Source: Nannocystales bacterium (lineage in GTDB: Bacteria > Myxococcota_A > Polyangia > Nannocystales > Nannocystaceae). From it: a stretch of 64,000 nt of DNA. A program made the position numbers and the translations under genes. This document shows, in pieces, positions 8,777 to 20,132 of this stretch. Location of the stretch: positions 128,001 to 192,000 of the forward strand of contig JBOEGF010000004.1 in assembly GCA_050633305.1 (NCBI GenBank), in the 5' to 3' direction. The notes beneath the pieces were generated by a model that saw only the letters and a program-made list of their open reading frames with translations, ran no database searches and was not told where the DNA came from. How positions within the stretch are numbered: position 1 is the first letter of the stretch; each line of letters starts with the position of its first letter.

Positions 8777-9390
8777 GTACTCCCGAGCAGGAGCTGTGCG
8801 ACGTAGTACATCGGGAGTCCCCACAGACGGTTGCTGAAGTCGGTGGATACGAATCGATCTCGGGCGACCGAGAGGTCGGAGAGGTAGAAGGCGATCGCGC
8901 CCGCGAGCATTGTGCTGGGGGCTCCCGCGCGCCATGCCGCGAAGGCGGCAGCGACCATGAACGTGATGACGACGATGTAGACATCGACGGGTCGTTTCAT
9001 GTCCTGCGGAATCGTGGGGCGTAGCCAGCGACGAACCGCCCACGCGGCGACCGTGAGTCCGGCCACCGCCACGGCCATCGTCGTCCACGCCGGATCGAGC
9101 CCGACAAACGCGACGATGTACGCGACGTGAGCGCCCAAGAACGCGACAAGTCCTGCGAGAAACCAACTCGACCGCTTGCTCAGCAGGAACACGTCTCCAA
9201 ACCACGACAGCACCAGGCCAGCGAAAATGGCCTGTCCGTAGGAGGTCTCGAGCGCGCCGTGGTGCAGCGCCCAGCCCAAGAAACCAACGCTCGCGGCGGG
9301 TTTGAAGCGGCGGGTCCATTGCTGGGCGTCCGCTCGTTCCGCCCACAGGACACCGGCGAGGGCGGTGAGGGTGAGGCCGAGCCAGATCAT
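8770..9390 (-). CDS. Lysoplasmalogenase / YhhN family membrane protein
   Basis: Multi-TM protein with KP, GDVFL, FLAGLVAFLGAH, FYLSD and YYVAQ motifs. Confidence 0.88.
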   Translation of the reverse strand: MIWLGLTLTALAGVLWAERADAQQWTRRFKPAASVGFLGWALHHGALETSYGQAIFAGLVLSWFGDVFLLSKRSSWFLAGLVAFLGAHVAYIVAFVGLDPAWTTMAVAVAGLTVAAWAVRRWLRPTIPQDMKRPVDVYIVVITFMVAAAFAAWRAGAPSTMLAGAIAFYLSDLSVARDRFVSTDFSNRLWGLPMYYVAQLLLGSTC

Positions 9391-9860
9391 GATGCGTCGT
9401 ACTCCAAGGTGCCAGAGAATCGGCCGGTCTCGCCGAGGTCTTCGGGCTTGCTACCGAGCATGCCTTCACGGACGCAGCCCACCAGGTCCGCGGGGGGGTC
9501 GCCCGCGACGTCGGCCCGTTCGACCCGGACGCCGACGCCCCGTGCAGCGATGATCTCGACCGAGACCTTCAGCGGTGTTGCGGCGCTCTGTGGTCGAGTG
9601 TTTCGGCAACGCTCGATGACCGGAAGCAACGCTTCGCGAACCGCGTCGGCGACCGAGCCGTCGAGGCTCGGATCGCCAGCGGCGGTGAGCGCATCGCGGA
9701 TCTGGGCTTTCACCCCCTTGGGTGGGCTCTGTGCCCCGACCGCCGGGGTGCTGGACTCCGCGGGCTCGGGATCAGCAGTGGCTTGCGCGCGCAGCAGCAG
9801 CAGCCCGAGCAAAACCAGGGCCGCGACCGCCGGGAGGATGAAGGCCTTGTTTCCCTCCAC
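9387..9860 (-). CDS. Hypothetical membrane-anchored protein
   Basis: N-terminal TM helix, two Cys, 4-nt overlap with the yhhN-like gene. Confidence 0.6.
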   Translation of the reverse strand: MEGNKAFILPAVAALVLLGLLLLRAQATADPEPAESSTPAVGAQSPPKGVKAQIRDALTAAGDPSLDGSVADAVREALLPVIERCRNTRPQSAATPLKVSVEIIAARGVGVRVERADVAGDPPADLVGCVREGMLGSKPEDLGETGRFSGTLEYDAS

Positions 9861-9938
9861 CCCCCGATTGTGCCCGTCTCGGAGGGGGCTCGGGTAGAAA
9901 ACCGACCGGCTTCGTCGGGATCGTATTGCAGGGTGGGT

Positions 9939-11327
9939 CTACGACTCGGGCGTGTCCACGTAGCGGGCGCGAAGAGCCTCGAAGAACGCTCGAATACCGA
10001 ACGGTTCTCCACCCGCTGGCCGTCCGGCACGGCTCCCGGTGTAGTAGGCCATCGTGTCGATGTGGGACCAGTTAACCCCGGTCCCGACGAACTCCTTGAG
10101 GAACAGAGCTGCGGTGATTGCCCCGCCCTGGCCGACGCTTGCGATGTTGTTGAGATCGGCGAGGGTGCTGTCCAGGTGGCGGCGATACGGCGTGTGCAGC
10201 GGCATCCGCCAAAGGGGATCGCTCGTCGCGATTCCGCCATCGAGGACGGACTGGGCGAAGGCGTCGTCGGTCGAGAACAAGGCGGGAAGCTCGGTCCCCA
10301 GCGCCACCCGTGCGGCGCCGGTGAGCGTCGCGAAGTCGATGAGCTGATCGGGGGACTCCGAAGCGGCCTCGGTCAGGGCGTCGGCGAGAATCAGGCGCCC
10401 CTCGGCGTCGGTGTTGCCCACCTCGACCGTGAGGCCTTTTCGGGTCTGCAGCACATCACCGGGACGGAAGGCGTTGTCCGAGACCGAGTTCTCGACCGCG
10501 GGGATGAGGACGCGCAGCCGGACGGGAAGCTCCGACTCCATGATCAAGGAGGCGAGGGCGAGCGCCGTGGCTGCGCCCCCCATGTCTTTCTTCATCAGTT
10601 TCATGCCAGCGGCGGACTTGAGGTCCAAGCCCCCGCTGTCAAAACAGACGCCCTTGCCCACCAGGGTGAGCTTGGGTGCATCGGCGGCGCCCCAGGTGAG
10701 GTCCAGCAGGCGAGGGGCCCGGGAGGCTGCACGTCCCACCGCATGGACGGCCGGGTATCCCTTCTCCAGCAGCTTGTCGCCGACGATGACCGAGGTCTTC
10801 GCGCCGCACCGTTTTCCCAACTGCACACCTGCGTCGACCAGCTCGGCGGGTCCCATGTCATCCGCGGGGGTGGTGATCAAGTCGCGGCCGAGGACGGTCG
10901 CGCGATAGAGGCGCTCGACGTGATCGCGGTCGGCCAGCTCGGGCCAGACGAGCGATGGGTGCCGACGGGTCGAGGCTTTGTAGCGGTCGAACCTACGGGT
11001 TTCCAAAGCCCAGCCGAGCGCCGCATCGGAGGCCATCCGTGCCGTGAGCTCGCCTTGAATCTGGTAGCGCGCTGCGGGAAGTTTCGCGGCCGCGCGCGCA
11101 AACGTCCACGGCGTGGCTTCGCTGTAGACGAGCACTGCGCGGCTCAGGCTGCCGGTGCGGTCCGGGATCGTCGCGAGGTCGCCGGCCTTTCCGCGGAGCC
11201 GAAGCCCCTTGAGCCAGTTCTGAGTGACCTTGGGCTGGGCCTTCAGCCAGCGTTTGTACGCCTTGGTGTGGACGGCGTGCAGGAGAATGGTGCCCTTGGA
11301 GGGCCGAGCAGCGAGATGATCCACCAT
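9939..11327 (-). CDS. M17 leucyl aminopeptidase family
   Basis: VGKGVCFDSGGLDLK, MKKDMGG, NTDAEGRL, ATLTGA and HID. Confidence 0.93.
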   Translation of the reverse strand: MVDHLAARPSKGTILLHAVHTKAYKRWLKAQPKVTQNWLKGLRLRGKAGDLATIPDRTGSLSRAVLVYSEATPWTFARAAAKLPAARYQIQGELTARMASDAALGWALETRRFDRYKASTRRHPSLVWPELADRDHVERLYRATVLGRDLITTPADDMGPAELVDAGVQLGKRCGAKTSVIVGDKLLEKGYPAVHAVGRAASRAPRLLDLTWGAADAPKLTLVGKGVCFDSGGLDLKSAAGMKLMKKDMGGAATALALASLIMESELPVRLRVLIPAVENSVSDNAFRPGDVLQTRKGLTVEVGNTDAEGRLILADALTEAASESPDQLIDFATLTGAARVALGTELPALFSTDDAFAQSVLDGGIATSDPLWRMPLHTPYRRHLDSTLADLNNIASVGQGGAITAALFLKEFVGTGVNWSHIDTMAYYTGSRAGRPAGGEPFGIRAFFEALRARYVDTPES

Positions 11328-11354
11328 CGCCCCGACCTTATCAGGTGATCTGTG

Positions 11355-12101
11355 TCAGCCGGGACAGGTGCCGCATGCCTCGAACTCGACCCCTTCGGCA
11401 CAGGTCTCGTCCCATCCTTCCAGGCAGCAAACACTGTCCACCGCACACACGCAGGCCTCGATCTCATTGTCGTCACAGCCGGGTGTCCCGTTGTCTGCAC
11501 AGCAGTCTCCCTCGCCGCCGACGCCTTCACAGGTTCCGCAACCGTAGATCACAACCGCCACCACGCAGGCCTCGTCCCATGCGTTGTCGCAGCAGAACGG
11601 ATCTTGGTCGCATACGCAGCTCGTGACCGCTTCGTCATCGCAGCCGGGTGCGGCATCCTGGATGTCGCAGCAGGTCCCCGCATCGGGAGGAGGATCGCCG
11701 GTGGGGTCCGTCGGATCGTCGGTGTCGGTGTCGGTGTCGCTCGTCTCCGTGTCGGTGCCCGACTCCGTGTCGGTGCCGGACTCCGTGCCCGACTCCGTGT
11801 TGGAGGCCGAGGTGGATGTGGACTCCGAGGGCGAGCTGGAGTCGTCGGTGGGGTCGTTCGTGGGATCGCTCGAAGGGGATGATGGGTCGCTGTCGGTCAG
11901 GGATGGGTCATCGTCGTCGTCGAACGTGTCCGGGAAGGTATCTGGAGGGTCGAACGTGTCCGACGTCGGGCTGCTCGCGGCGCTTGGACTCGCCGGCGAC
12001 CCGGATGCATCGGTATCGGTATCGGTGTCCCCCTCGGAGTCGTTGCCACAACCCACAGCCAAGGCGAGGGAGGCAGCCAGAGCGCAGCGCAGCAGATCCA
12101 C
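11355..12101 (-). CDS. Lipoprotein with an Asp/Thr/Ser-rich linker and two Cys-rich repeats
   Basis: LAVG-C lipobox; two copies of CC...PGC.D....CVC..D..CC...WD..C. Confidence 0.8.
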   Translation of the reverse strand: MDLLRCALAASLALAVGCGNDSEGDTDTDTDASGSPASPSAASSPTSDTFDPPDTFPDTFDDDDDPSLTDSDPSSPSSDPTNDPTDDSSSPSESTSTSASNTESGTESGTDTESGTDTETSDTDTDTDDPTDPTGDPPPDAGTCCDIQDAAPGCDDEAVTSCVCDQDPFCCDNAWDEACVVAVVIYGCGTCEGVGGEGDCCADNGTPGCDDNEIEACVCAVDSVCCLEGWDETCAEGVEFEACGTCPG

Positions 12102-12211
12102 CGGACCATTTCACCAGCTTCGGTGTCCTCCCACAACCAGGCCGACCACCAGGCTCGCAGGGGCGCGAAAGAACATGGTGCTGGCGTGGCGCCAGCGGTG
12201 CCCCGGTGCAG

Positions 12212-12856
12212 TCAGCCGCTCGACTCTGCGGAGCCCTGGCCGGTCGAATCGGGGGCTGCACACGTGCCACAGCCCATGGACTCCACCGCCTGTACGCACT
12301 GGAAATCCCACGCCTCAGCGCAGCATGAGGGGTTCTCCGCGCAGACGCACTGCTGGACGTCTGGATCCGCGCAGCCCGGAGTCCCGTCTGCCACGCAGCA
12401 ACTCGCCGTGCCGGGGCACATGCCGCAGCCGAAGAGAAAAACGTCGGCAACGCACTGCGGATCCCAGGCGTCGTCACAGCACGCCGGATCCACATCGCAT
12501 ACGCAGGTCTGCAGCGCGGGCACTTCACAGCCGGGCTCCTCTCGGGCCTCGCAGCAGCTCCCCGGGGCCCCGCATACTCCACACCCCAGCGCATCGACCT
12601 GTTGGACGCAGTGCTCGGTCCACTCGACTTCACAGCACGAAGGCTCAGCATCGCAGACACACGCGCTGAGGATAGGGTTGTCGCACTGGGGCCCGGAGTG
12701 CGCATCGCAGCAGTCGGCGTCGCCACCGGAGTCGTCGTCATCGGTCGGCACACCGGTCTCCCCGCTGGGCGGGTCGTTGCTGCCGAAGCGAAGCTCTCCG
12801 CACCCCATCGCCGAGAGGCAGACGGCCACAGCCAGTGCGCAAGCGTGTTGCCGCAT
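12212..12856 (-). CDS. Lipoprotein with three Cys-rich repeats (paralog of the adjacent gene)
   Basis: AMG-C lipobox; three copies of the same Cys-rich repeat. Confidence 0.8.
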   Translation of the reverse strand: MRQHACALAVAVCLSAMGCGELRFGSNDPPSGETGVPTDDDDSGGDADCCDAHSGPQCDNPILSACVCDAEPSCCEVEWTEHCVQQVDALGCGVCGAPGSCCEAREEPGCEVPALQTCVCDVDPACCDDAWDPQCVADVFLFGCGMCPGTASCCVADGTPGCADPDVQQCVCAENPSCCAEAWDFQCVQAVESMGCGTCAAPDSTGQGSAESSG

Positions 12857-12860
12857 GCGG

Positions 12861-14072
<1,212 letters not shown>

Positions 14073-14090
14073 CCGACGATCGACCTTATC

Positions 14091-14729
14091 ATGGCGTGGT
14101 ACTCACGGAGCGTGGCGGGACGCGCGGCACAAGGGTGGGCCGGACGGCTTGGCTGGCTCGCCGGCGGAGCGGTGATCGGTGCCTCGATCATGTCCCTTCG
14201 TGCACCGGTTCCGCGCGACATGCCAGTGGCGGCGGACACCGATTCGGCATGCCCCCCTGCGCTCGCCCCAAGCTGTCCCGAGCCGGTTCTCCCAGACCCG
14301 CCCCGGATCCTCGCGGTGAAGGACGTTTCCGGCCCCGCGCCCAAGGCCCCTGAAACCGAGCCTGAACCGACGCGTGCGGCCAAGCGGCCTCCCAAACCGA
14401 CGCTCAAGTTGCCGCGGATGCCTGGGACCAACCAGCTCCGGGCCGGCACAAAATGGGATCAGACGCGTGAGGCGTGGGCGCTGACGTTCGCGTACGAGAT
14501 CCCAGCGGCTCGCGCCCAGGTGTCCACGTTCTATCGGAAGGTCTTGGAAGACGCGGACCTGGTTGTCGAAGCGTCCGAGGGGGCTCCCGACGAGGAGGGC
14601 GCGGTTCCGCTATACATCAAGGGACGCAATGCCGACGAGCACGCCCACGTCACGGTGCGCCAGTCGGTCGACGAGTTCGAGACTCGCGTCCGCGTCATCT
14701 GGCGGTTCTACGACCGAGCGGTGCGGTGA
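14091..14729 (+). CDS. Hypothetical membrane-anchored protein
   Basis: TM segment, Pro-rich linker and a globular C-terminus; GC-rich third codon positions. Confidence 0.6.
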   Translation: MAWYSRSVAGRAAQGWAGRLGWLAGGAVIGASIMSLRAPVPRDMPVAADTDSACPPALAPSCPEPVLPDPPRILAVKDVSGPAPKAPETEPEPTRAAKRPPKPTLKLPRMPGTNQLRAGTKWDQTREAWALTFAYEIPAARAQVSTFYRKVLEDADLVVEASEGAPDEEGAVPLYIKGRNADEHAHVTVRQSVDEFETRVRVIWRFYDRAVR

Positions 14730-14803
14730 GTTCGTCCTTGAACGGTGGGAAACCGGTGGAATCCGGTGGAATCCGTCGCCGCGTTGGCGCGTATGCTGCG
14801 GGA

Positions 14804-16198
14804 GTGAGATGTCTGGGCGCGATTGCGGGGCTTCTGTGGCTCACCGCCTGTGGGCAACCCGAACCTGCGGACCCGCCGGCACCTCCGACGACTGCACCGC
14901 AAACCGTACCCTCCTGTCCCACGGCACCCGTGCAGACCGACGTCCTACCTGGTACGCACGCGCGGCACACGACGGCGGATTTTTGGATCGACCGGCTGCC
15001 GCCCGGTGTGGCGGATGAGGTGCTGGTCCCCTCCGAAGCCATCGCGGGGCTCAACGCCCAGTTCTCTCAGGTCGTGGGGGCGTGGCGGAGCATCGACGAG
15101 TCGACGGTCGGGGACCGGGGCAGCATCGACGCCTCGATCTCCGAGCGAATGCAGTACCTCAAGGGGGAGCTCGAGGCAGGCCGGTTCGTCGAAGCCCGAC
15201 CCGACGCGTTCGCCCGAGCCGAGGCGATCGTGGCTGCCGCGACCGCGGTCGATCATCAGCGTCTGGTGATCGGCGAAACACCGCTGCGCTGCGTCCCGAT
15301 CCCAGGTGGGGAGTCCGACGGACTGTTCAAGGTCCCCATCGATCGCGACTTCGACCGCAACGCGTGTGCGAGCTTGCACCCCGGAGAACGGGTGCGGGTG
15401 TTGGCGCGTGGGCCCAAGGGAAGGTGGTTGTACGTCCATGCCGGGCACACCGTCGGATGGGTCGAAAACGCGGTATTCTCCAGGCGGCTCTCCCCTTCAG
15501 CGATCGATGCGTGGGCCAGCCCCCATCGACTCGTTCCGGTGCGTGACGACGTCACCACGGGGGGAGGTCTGCGGCTTCGACTCGGCGTCAGCATCCCACT
15601 GCTCAGCAAGACCGACGAGGGGTCCTACAAGGTACTGGTCCCCGGTTCGCAGGGGCCCGTGGAAGATGTGGTGGCGTCCGATGCGGCGGTTTCGGAAGGC
15701 TACAAACCCCTGACGCGGCGCAGCTTGCTCGAAGCCGTCTTCAGCGAATTGGGCGACCCGTATGGCTGGGGCGGTCGCGCCGGAGAGCGGGACTGCTCGC
15801 GCCTCGTGCGTGATGTCCTCGGAACCTTCGGTTTCGAACTCGCGCGTCACAGCGGTGTTCAGGCCAAGCAGGGGGTCCGTAACATCGACGTGTCGGCGCT
15901 CGAGCCCGAGGCCAAACGCACCGCGATTCGTGCCGCAGCGCAGCGCGGGGTCGTCGTGCTCTACATGAAAGGCCACATCATGTTGTACGTCGGCGCGGAC
16001 GGGCCTCGCGACTACGCGATCTCGGCGATGAGTGAGTACCTGACCCCGTGCGAGGGCGGGCCGGACACCACCCATCGCGTGGACGCGGTTGCGGTCAGCA
16101 CACTGGCGTTGGGGGAGGGGACCGAGCGGACTGCGTTTCTCGACCGCATTCGCACGTTGGTCGTGTTCGAGCCCCCGAAGGCACCCGACGCAGGCTGA
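14804..16198 (+). CDS. SH3b-domain NlpC/P60 peptidoglycan peptidase lipoprotein
   Basis: LTA-C lipobox; SH3-like LHPGERVRVL...WLYV...GWV; PYGWGG...RDCS; GHIMLYVG. Confidence 0.85.
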   Translation: MRCLGAIAGLLWLTACGQPEPADPPAPPTTAPQTVPSCPTAPVQTDVLPGTHARHTTADFWIDRLPPGVADEVLVPSEAIAGLNAQFSQVVGAWRSIDESTVGDRGSIDASISERMQYLKGELEAGRFVEARPDAFARAEAIVAAATAVDHQRLVIGETPLRCVPIPGGESDGLFKVPIDRDFDRNACASLHPGERVRVLARGPKGRWLYVHAGHTVGWVENAVFSRRLSPSAIDAWASPHRLVPVRDDVTTGGGLRLRLGVSIPLLSKTDEGSYKVLVPGSQGPVEDVVASDAAVSEGYKPLTRRSLLEAVFSELGDPYGWGGRAGERDCSRLVRDVLGTFGFELARHSGVQAKQGVRNIDVSALEPEAKRTAIRAAAQRGVVVLYMKGHIMLYVGADGPRDYAISAMSEYLTPCEGGPDTTHRVDAVAVSTLALGEGTERTAFLDRIRTLVVFEPPKAPDAG

Positions 16199-16213
16199 TA
16201 CCCTCTGCGCCCG

Positions 16214-17113
16214 ATGGCAGTCGAGATCGCCCTGGTCACCGAGCGCCGCTACGAGGCGGTCTCTCAGCAAACGTCGTACACGGCGAACATCTTCGAGGAA
16301 GACCGCCTGCTGAGCGAGGCGTTGGCCCGCCACGGAATCGCCACCCGGCGGGTGGATTGGTCCCGTACGGACGTGGACTGGGGCGACTTTGCGGCGGTTG
16401 TTCTGAGAACGCCCTGGGACTACTTCGATCGTTTCGAGGCTTTTTCAGGCTGGCTCGACAGCTTGCAGACTCACCCGTGCGTGCTCAACGACCTGGGGAC
16501 GCTGCGGTGGAACATCGACAAGCACTACCTCGCCGATCTGCAGGCCGCAGGGGTGCCGGTCGTGCCGACCGTGTTCGTGGAGCAAGCAGAATCCACCTCG
16601 CTCCATGACGCGATGGCCCAGCTGGGGAGCGAGGCGGTGGTCTACAAGCCGACCGTCAGTGGCGCGGCTCGGGAGACCTACCGAGTGCGAACCGGCGAGG
16701 CGGATGACCACGCGGAGCGCTTTGGGCGACTCGCGCAGGAGCGCGCGATGATGGTTCAACCGTTCATGCCCTCGATCCTCGAACGAGGAGAGGTGACTGT
16801 GGTCGCGATGGAAGGCAGGCCCACGCACGGGCTGATCAAGAAGGCCAAGGCCGGTGACTTTCGGGTGCAGGACGATCACGGCGGCACGCTGCACGCTCAC
16901 GTTCCCGCGGCCGATGAACTGGAACTGACCGAGGCAGCGTTGGGGGTCCGGGGTCCGACGCCGGTGTATGGCCGCGTCGACATGGTGCGCGACGAGACCG
17001 GCCAAGCGCGCATCATGGAGCTGGAGCTGATCGAGCCGGAGCTGTGGCTTCGACTCCACCCTCCTGCCGCGGAGGCATTTGCAGAGGGCATCCGCGCGGC
17101 CATGCGAGGCTGA
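16214..17113 (+). CDS. ATP-grasp ligase (RimK/glutathione synthetase-like)
   Basis: LRTPWDY, WNIDKHYL, KPTVSG, MVQPF, DFRVQ, RVD and MELELIEP. Confidence 0.85.
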   Translation: MAVEIALVTERRYEAVSQQTSYTANIFEEDRLLSEALARHGIATRRVDWSRTDVDWGDFAAVVLRTPWDYFDRFEAFSGWLDSLQTHPCVLNDLGTLRWNIDKHYLADLQAAGVPVVPTVFVEQAESTSLHDAMAQLGSEAVVYKPTVSGAARETYRVRTGEADDHAERFGRLAQERAMMVQPFMPSILERGEVTVVAMEGRPTHGLIKKAKAGDFRVQDDHGGTLHAHVPAADELELTEAALGVRGPTPVYGRVDMVRDETGQARIMELELIEPELWLRLHPPAAEAFAEGIRAAMRG

Positions 17114-17119
17114 GGAGGC

Positions 17120-19903
17120 TCAGTGCGCTTGTAGCCAGGTCCCGACGCTTTCCGTGTCGGTGGGCAGCGACTCCGCGAGTGCACGGGCCTCCCGCCGCGA
17201 CCCTTCGTCCCACAGCGTGGATGCGAGCTTGAGCTGGAGGTCTACCCGAGCCTCCTCGGGCTCGGAGACTCGCGTCATCACCTCGAGCGCCGATCGATAG
17301 TCCGACTGTGCGCTTGCGAACCGCTCGCGCGCCGCAGCGCAGTCGCCCCTGGCTTGGAGGAGGTAGGCCAGGGGCCCTGCCTCTCCAAGCGCATCGCGGG
17401 CGGTGGTCACGAGTGCGTCCAGGGGCTCACAAGCCTGCGCAGTTTTTCCTTGGCTGAGCCGGGAGCTGGACAGGCCTGCGTGGGCGAGCAAGGTTCGCGG
17501 AGCGGTCGCGCCGAGCGTCTCCTCGAGCAGGCCGCTGGCCCACGCGTACTGTTGCTCCGCCTCCGCGTAGTGACCGTCGGTCTCGTCGAGCCACGCCAGG
17601 TTCAACGCGATGCCAGCTCGGGTGGGGTGACGATCTCCGTAGCGCCGCTTCACGAGAGCGTCGGCTTCCACCCACCGCGCTCGGGCCTCGTGCCTTCGGT
17701 CTTGGTGCACTGCGACGAGGCCGAGGTTGATCAGGGAGGCGCGGTTCGATGGGTGGTCGGCGCCGAAGAGCGTGGTGCGGTCCCGAAGTTCGCGCTCGAA
17801 GAGTTCCTGGGCCTCCTCGAATCGTCCGGCCCGGTCCAGCGCGAGCCCGAGGTTTCCCAGGCCGCCGATGGAACGACGCGAAGGGACCCCGTCGAGTCGG
17901 TCGAAGATCTCGACGGCTTCCGTGCCGGTTTCGATCGCCCGTTCGAGGTTGCCTCGGGCGCCCTCGAATCCGCTGATGCTGGTGAGAATCGCGGCTCGCA
18001 GGCGCGTCCGATCTGGACCGGTGAGCCGCTCGGCACCTGCCAACGCTTTGTCGTAGCGCACTGCGGCCTGCTCCCACTGTCCCAGCGTGTCGTAGGCGAT
18101 CGCGACGGAAAGGGCGATGTGAACCGCTCGCACCTCCCGGATACCGTCGCGCGCGGCCTCGACCTCAGCAACCTCCGCCCACTCGATCGCGGCCTTCGCT
18201 TCGCCGAGCTGGATCGCGAGCAGCAGGACGAGTCGGTCGGCGGCCTCGGCAGCGTAGCCGGCATCGTCGGCGTTCCGAGCGTGGTGATAGGCGCGCTTGA
18301 GGGCCGCTTTCATCTCGAGTGGGGTGCCTCGGCGGACCTGGGCTTCCACGATGGAGAGTTGGGCCAGGATGGAGGGGTAGGATTTGCCCGCGAACTCGAC
18401 TTCCGGGCGGATGGCGTCCAGGCGTCGTGCCAGCTCCTCGACGTCTGCGTTGCTGTCGGCGTCTTTCTGTATCGCCAACAGCAGGTGTCGAAGCGCCTCG
18501 ATGCGGGGCCGCAGCATCACCGGTGCTCTCGGGGTCGCCTGCAAGAACTGGGGCCGCACACACTCCGCGGGGTTCATCCACTCTTCGACGCGCTGAGGTC
18601 CGCTTCGGCTCGCTCTGCTCGGCGATCGCTGGAGTGAGGCAAGCGTTGCATTGGCATCGCGGCCGAGTTCGTACAGGCAGTGTTGGGCGCGGTGCGTCAG
18701 TGCGTCTGTCGTCGTTTCGCGGCTCTCGCAGACCTGTGCCGCAGTGTCCATCCATTGCGCGGCAAAGTCGTCAACGGCCTGCTCCATCCGGGGCCATTGG
18801 CGCTCGGCTTCCGCATCGCCTGCGAAGATGCGCTTGAGTTGTGTACGTCCATCGTTCGACCAAGCCGGCATCGGGAGTTCGATGTCGTCGCGACACGGGC
18901 GGTCGAAGTTCGCGGTTGCGAGCGCGGTGAACCCCGCCAATCCGACGCCTCCGAGCGCAAACCACGCTGAGCGTCTTGGAGATCGGGCGCGCTCGAGCTC
19001 GTCGAGAAGCTCGTGCATCGTGGAAAAGCGGCGCGACGGATCGACGTTGAGCCCCCGCTCCAACACCTGCAGGACACGGCGCGGAACGTGGCCGTTGCCC
19101 GAGCGCAGCTTCGGTGGAGCGACCGTCAGGTCCGTGGACGTCGCTCGGTAGGGACGCTCGCCAAACAGGCCCTCGTACAGGGCAACGCAGTATGAAAACT
19201 GGTCCGAACGGGCGTTGGCGGATGCGCCGGCAAGCTGCTCGGGCGCCATATACGCTGGCGTGCCTGCCGGACGACTTTCCGTCGTCTGGTGCCCCGTCGC
19301 ACGCCCCGTAGGCGGCTCGCTGAGAGTGTCCGGCGCGACGGGGACGGCGATGCCGAAGTCCGCGACCTGGCAGCGACCGTCGAGTCCGACAAGGACGTTG
19401 GCGGGCTTGAAGTCGCGGTGCACCAGGCCAGCCTTGTGTGCGTAGGCGAGTCCGCGGCCCGCCTCGACGTACGCGTCGACCACCTCGGCCCAGGTCTTGT
19501 CGGCCGTGCGCCAAGCGTTGAGATCACCTCCGTCGATCAGGTCAGCGACGAGGAAGACGCCGCGGTCGAACTCACCGACGTCGTGTACGGCCACGACATG
19601 GGGATGGGAGAGCTTGGCCATGGCCTGCGCTTCGACCATCAGCGCTCGCCGCGAGTCGAGGTGCGTGGTTTGGTGAGTCTTGAGCGCAACTTGTCGGTTG
19701 AGCTTGGTGTCGAAGGCTTCGTAGACGACGCCCATGCCGCCTCGCCCGACCTCAGCGTCGATCCGGTAGCGCTCGGCCCCGAGGACGTCCCCGGGGGCAA
19801 GCGCGTGGAGCTCGTCCTCGCCGGGCGCCCGGGCTCGCGCGAGCTTGGCCAGCCAGGTCGAGACTCGTTCGTCCTGGGCTGTGTCACCTCCCTGCTTTGT
19901 CAT
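17120..19903 (-). CDS. Ser/Thr protein kinase with TM segment and TPR repeats
   Basis: GRGGMGVV, VALK, HRDFKPAN, DFG and GTPAYMAPE, followed by helical TPR-like repeats (G.DHP..NLG). Start could be 19903 or 19966. Confidence 0.9.
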   Translation of the reverse strand: MTKQGGDTAQDERVSTWLAKLARARAPGEDELHALAPGDVLGAERYRIDAEVGRGGMGVVYEAFDTKLNRQVALKTHQTTHLDSRRALMVEAQAMAKLSHPHVVAVHDVGEFDRGVFLVADLIDGGDLNAWRTADKTWAEVVDAYVEAGRGLAYAHKAGLVHRDFKPANVLVGLDGRCQVADFGIAVPVAPDTLSEPPTGRATGHQTTESRPAGTPAYMAPEQLAGASANARSDQFSYCVALYEGLFGERPYRATSTDLTVAPPKLRSGNGHVPRRVLQVLERGLNVDPSRRFSTMHELLDELERARSPRRSAWFALGGVGLAGFTALATANFDRPCRDDIELPMPAWSNDGRTQLKRIFAGDAEAERQWPRMEQAVDDFAAQWMDTAAQVCESRETTTDALTHRAQHCLYELGRDANATLASLQRSPSRASRSGPQRVEEWMNPAECVRPQFLQATPRAPVMLRPRIEALRHLLLAIQKDADSNADVEELARRLDAIRPEVEFAGKSYPSILAQLSIVEAQVRRGTPLEMKAALKRAYHHARNADDAGYAAEAADRLVLLLAIQLGEAKAAIEWAEVAEVEAARDGIREVRAVHIALSVAIAYDTLGQWEQAAVRYDKALAGAERLTGPDRTRLRAAILTSISGFEGARGNLERAIETGTEAVEIFDRLDGVPSRRSIGGLGNLGLALDRAGRFEEAQELFERELRDRTTLFGADHPSNRASLINLGLVAVHQDRRHEARARWVEADALVKRRYGDRHPTRAGIALNLAWLDETDGHYAEAEQQYAWASGLLEETLGATAPRTLLAHAGLSSSRLSQGKTAQACEPLDALVTTARDALGEAGPLAYLLQARGDCAAARERFASAQSDYRSALEVMTRVSEPEEARVDLQLKLASTLWDEGSRREARALAESLPTDTESVGTWLQAH

Positions 19904-20132
19904 CCGATCGGGATTCACATCGGGCGCGTCCGGGCACTGACCCGGCGGTGTTTCCTTGCCCCCCATGAGCGTTGAAAACTAACAAAACGTACAGTCGGGC
20001 GCCTCCCTGAATCGTATTTGCCCGGACGCAGGAGTTCAGCGGCTAGCAACGGCCATTCATCGCTGGGGTGGGGTTGAGGACGGCGGCGGCCCCCGGGGCG
20101 GTCGGGGCAAGAGCTGCTAGAGTCCGCCGCCC

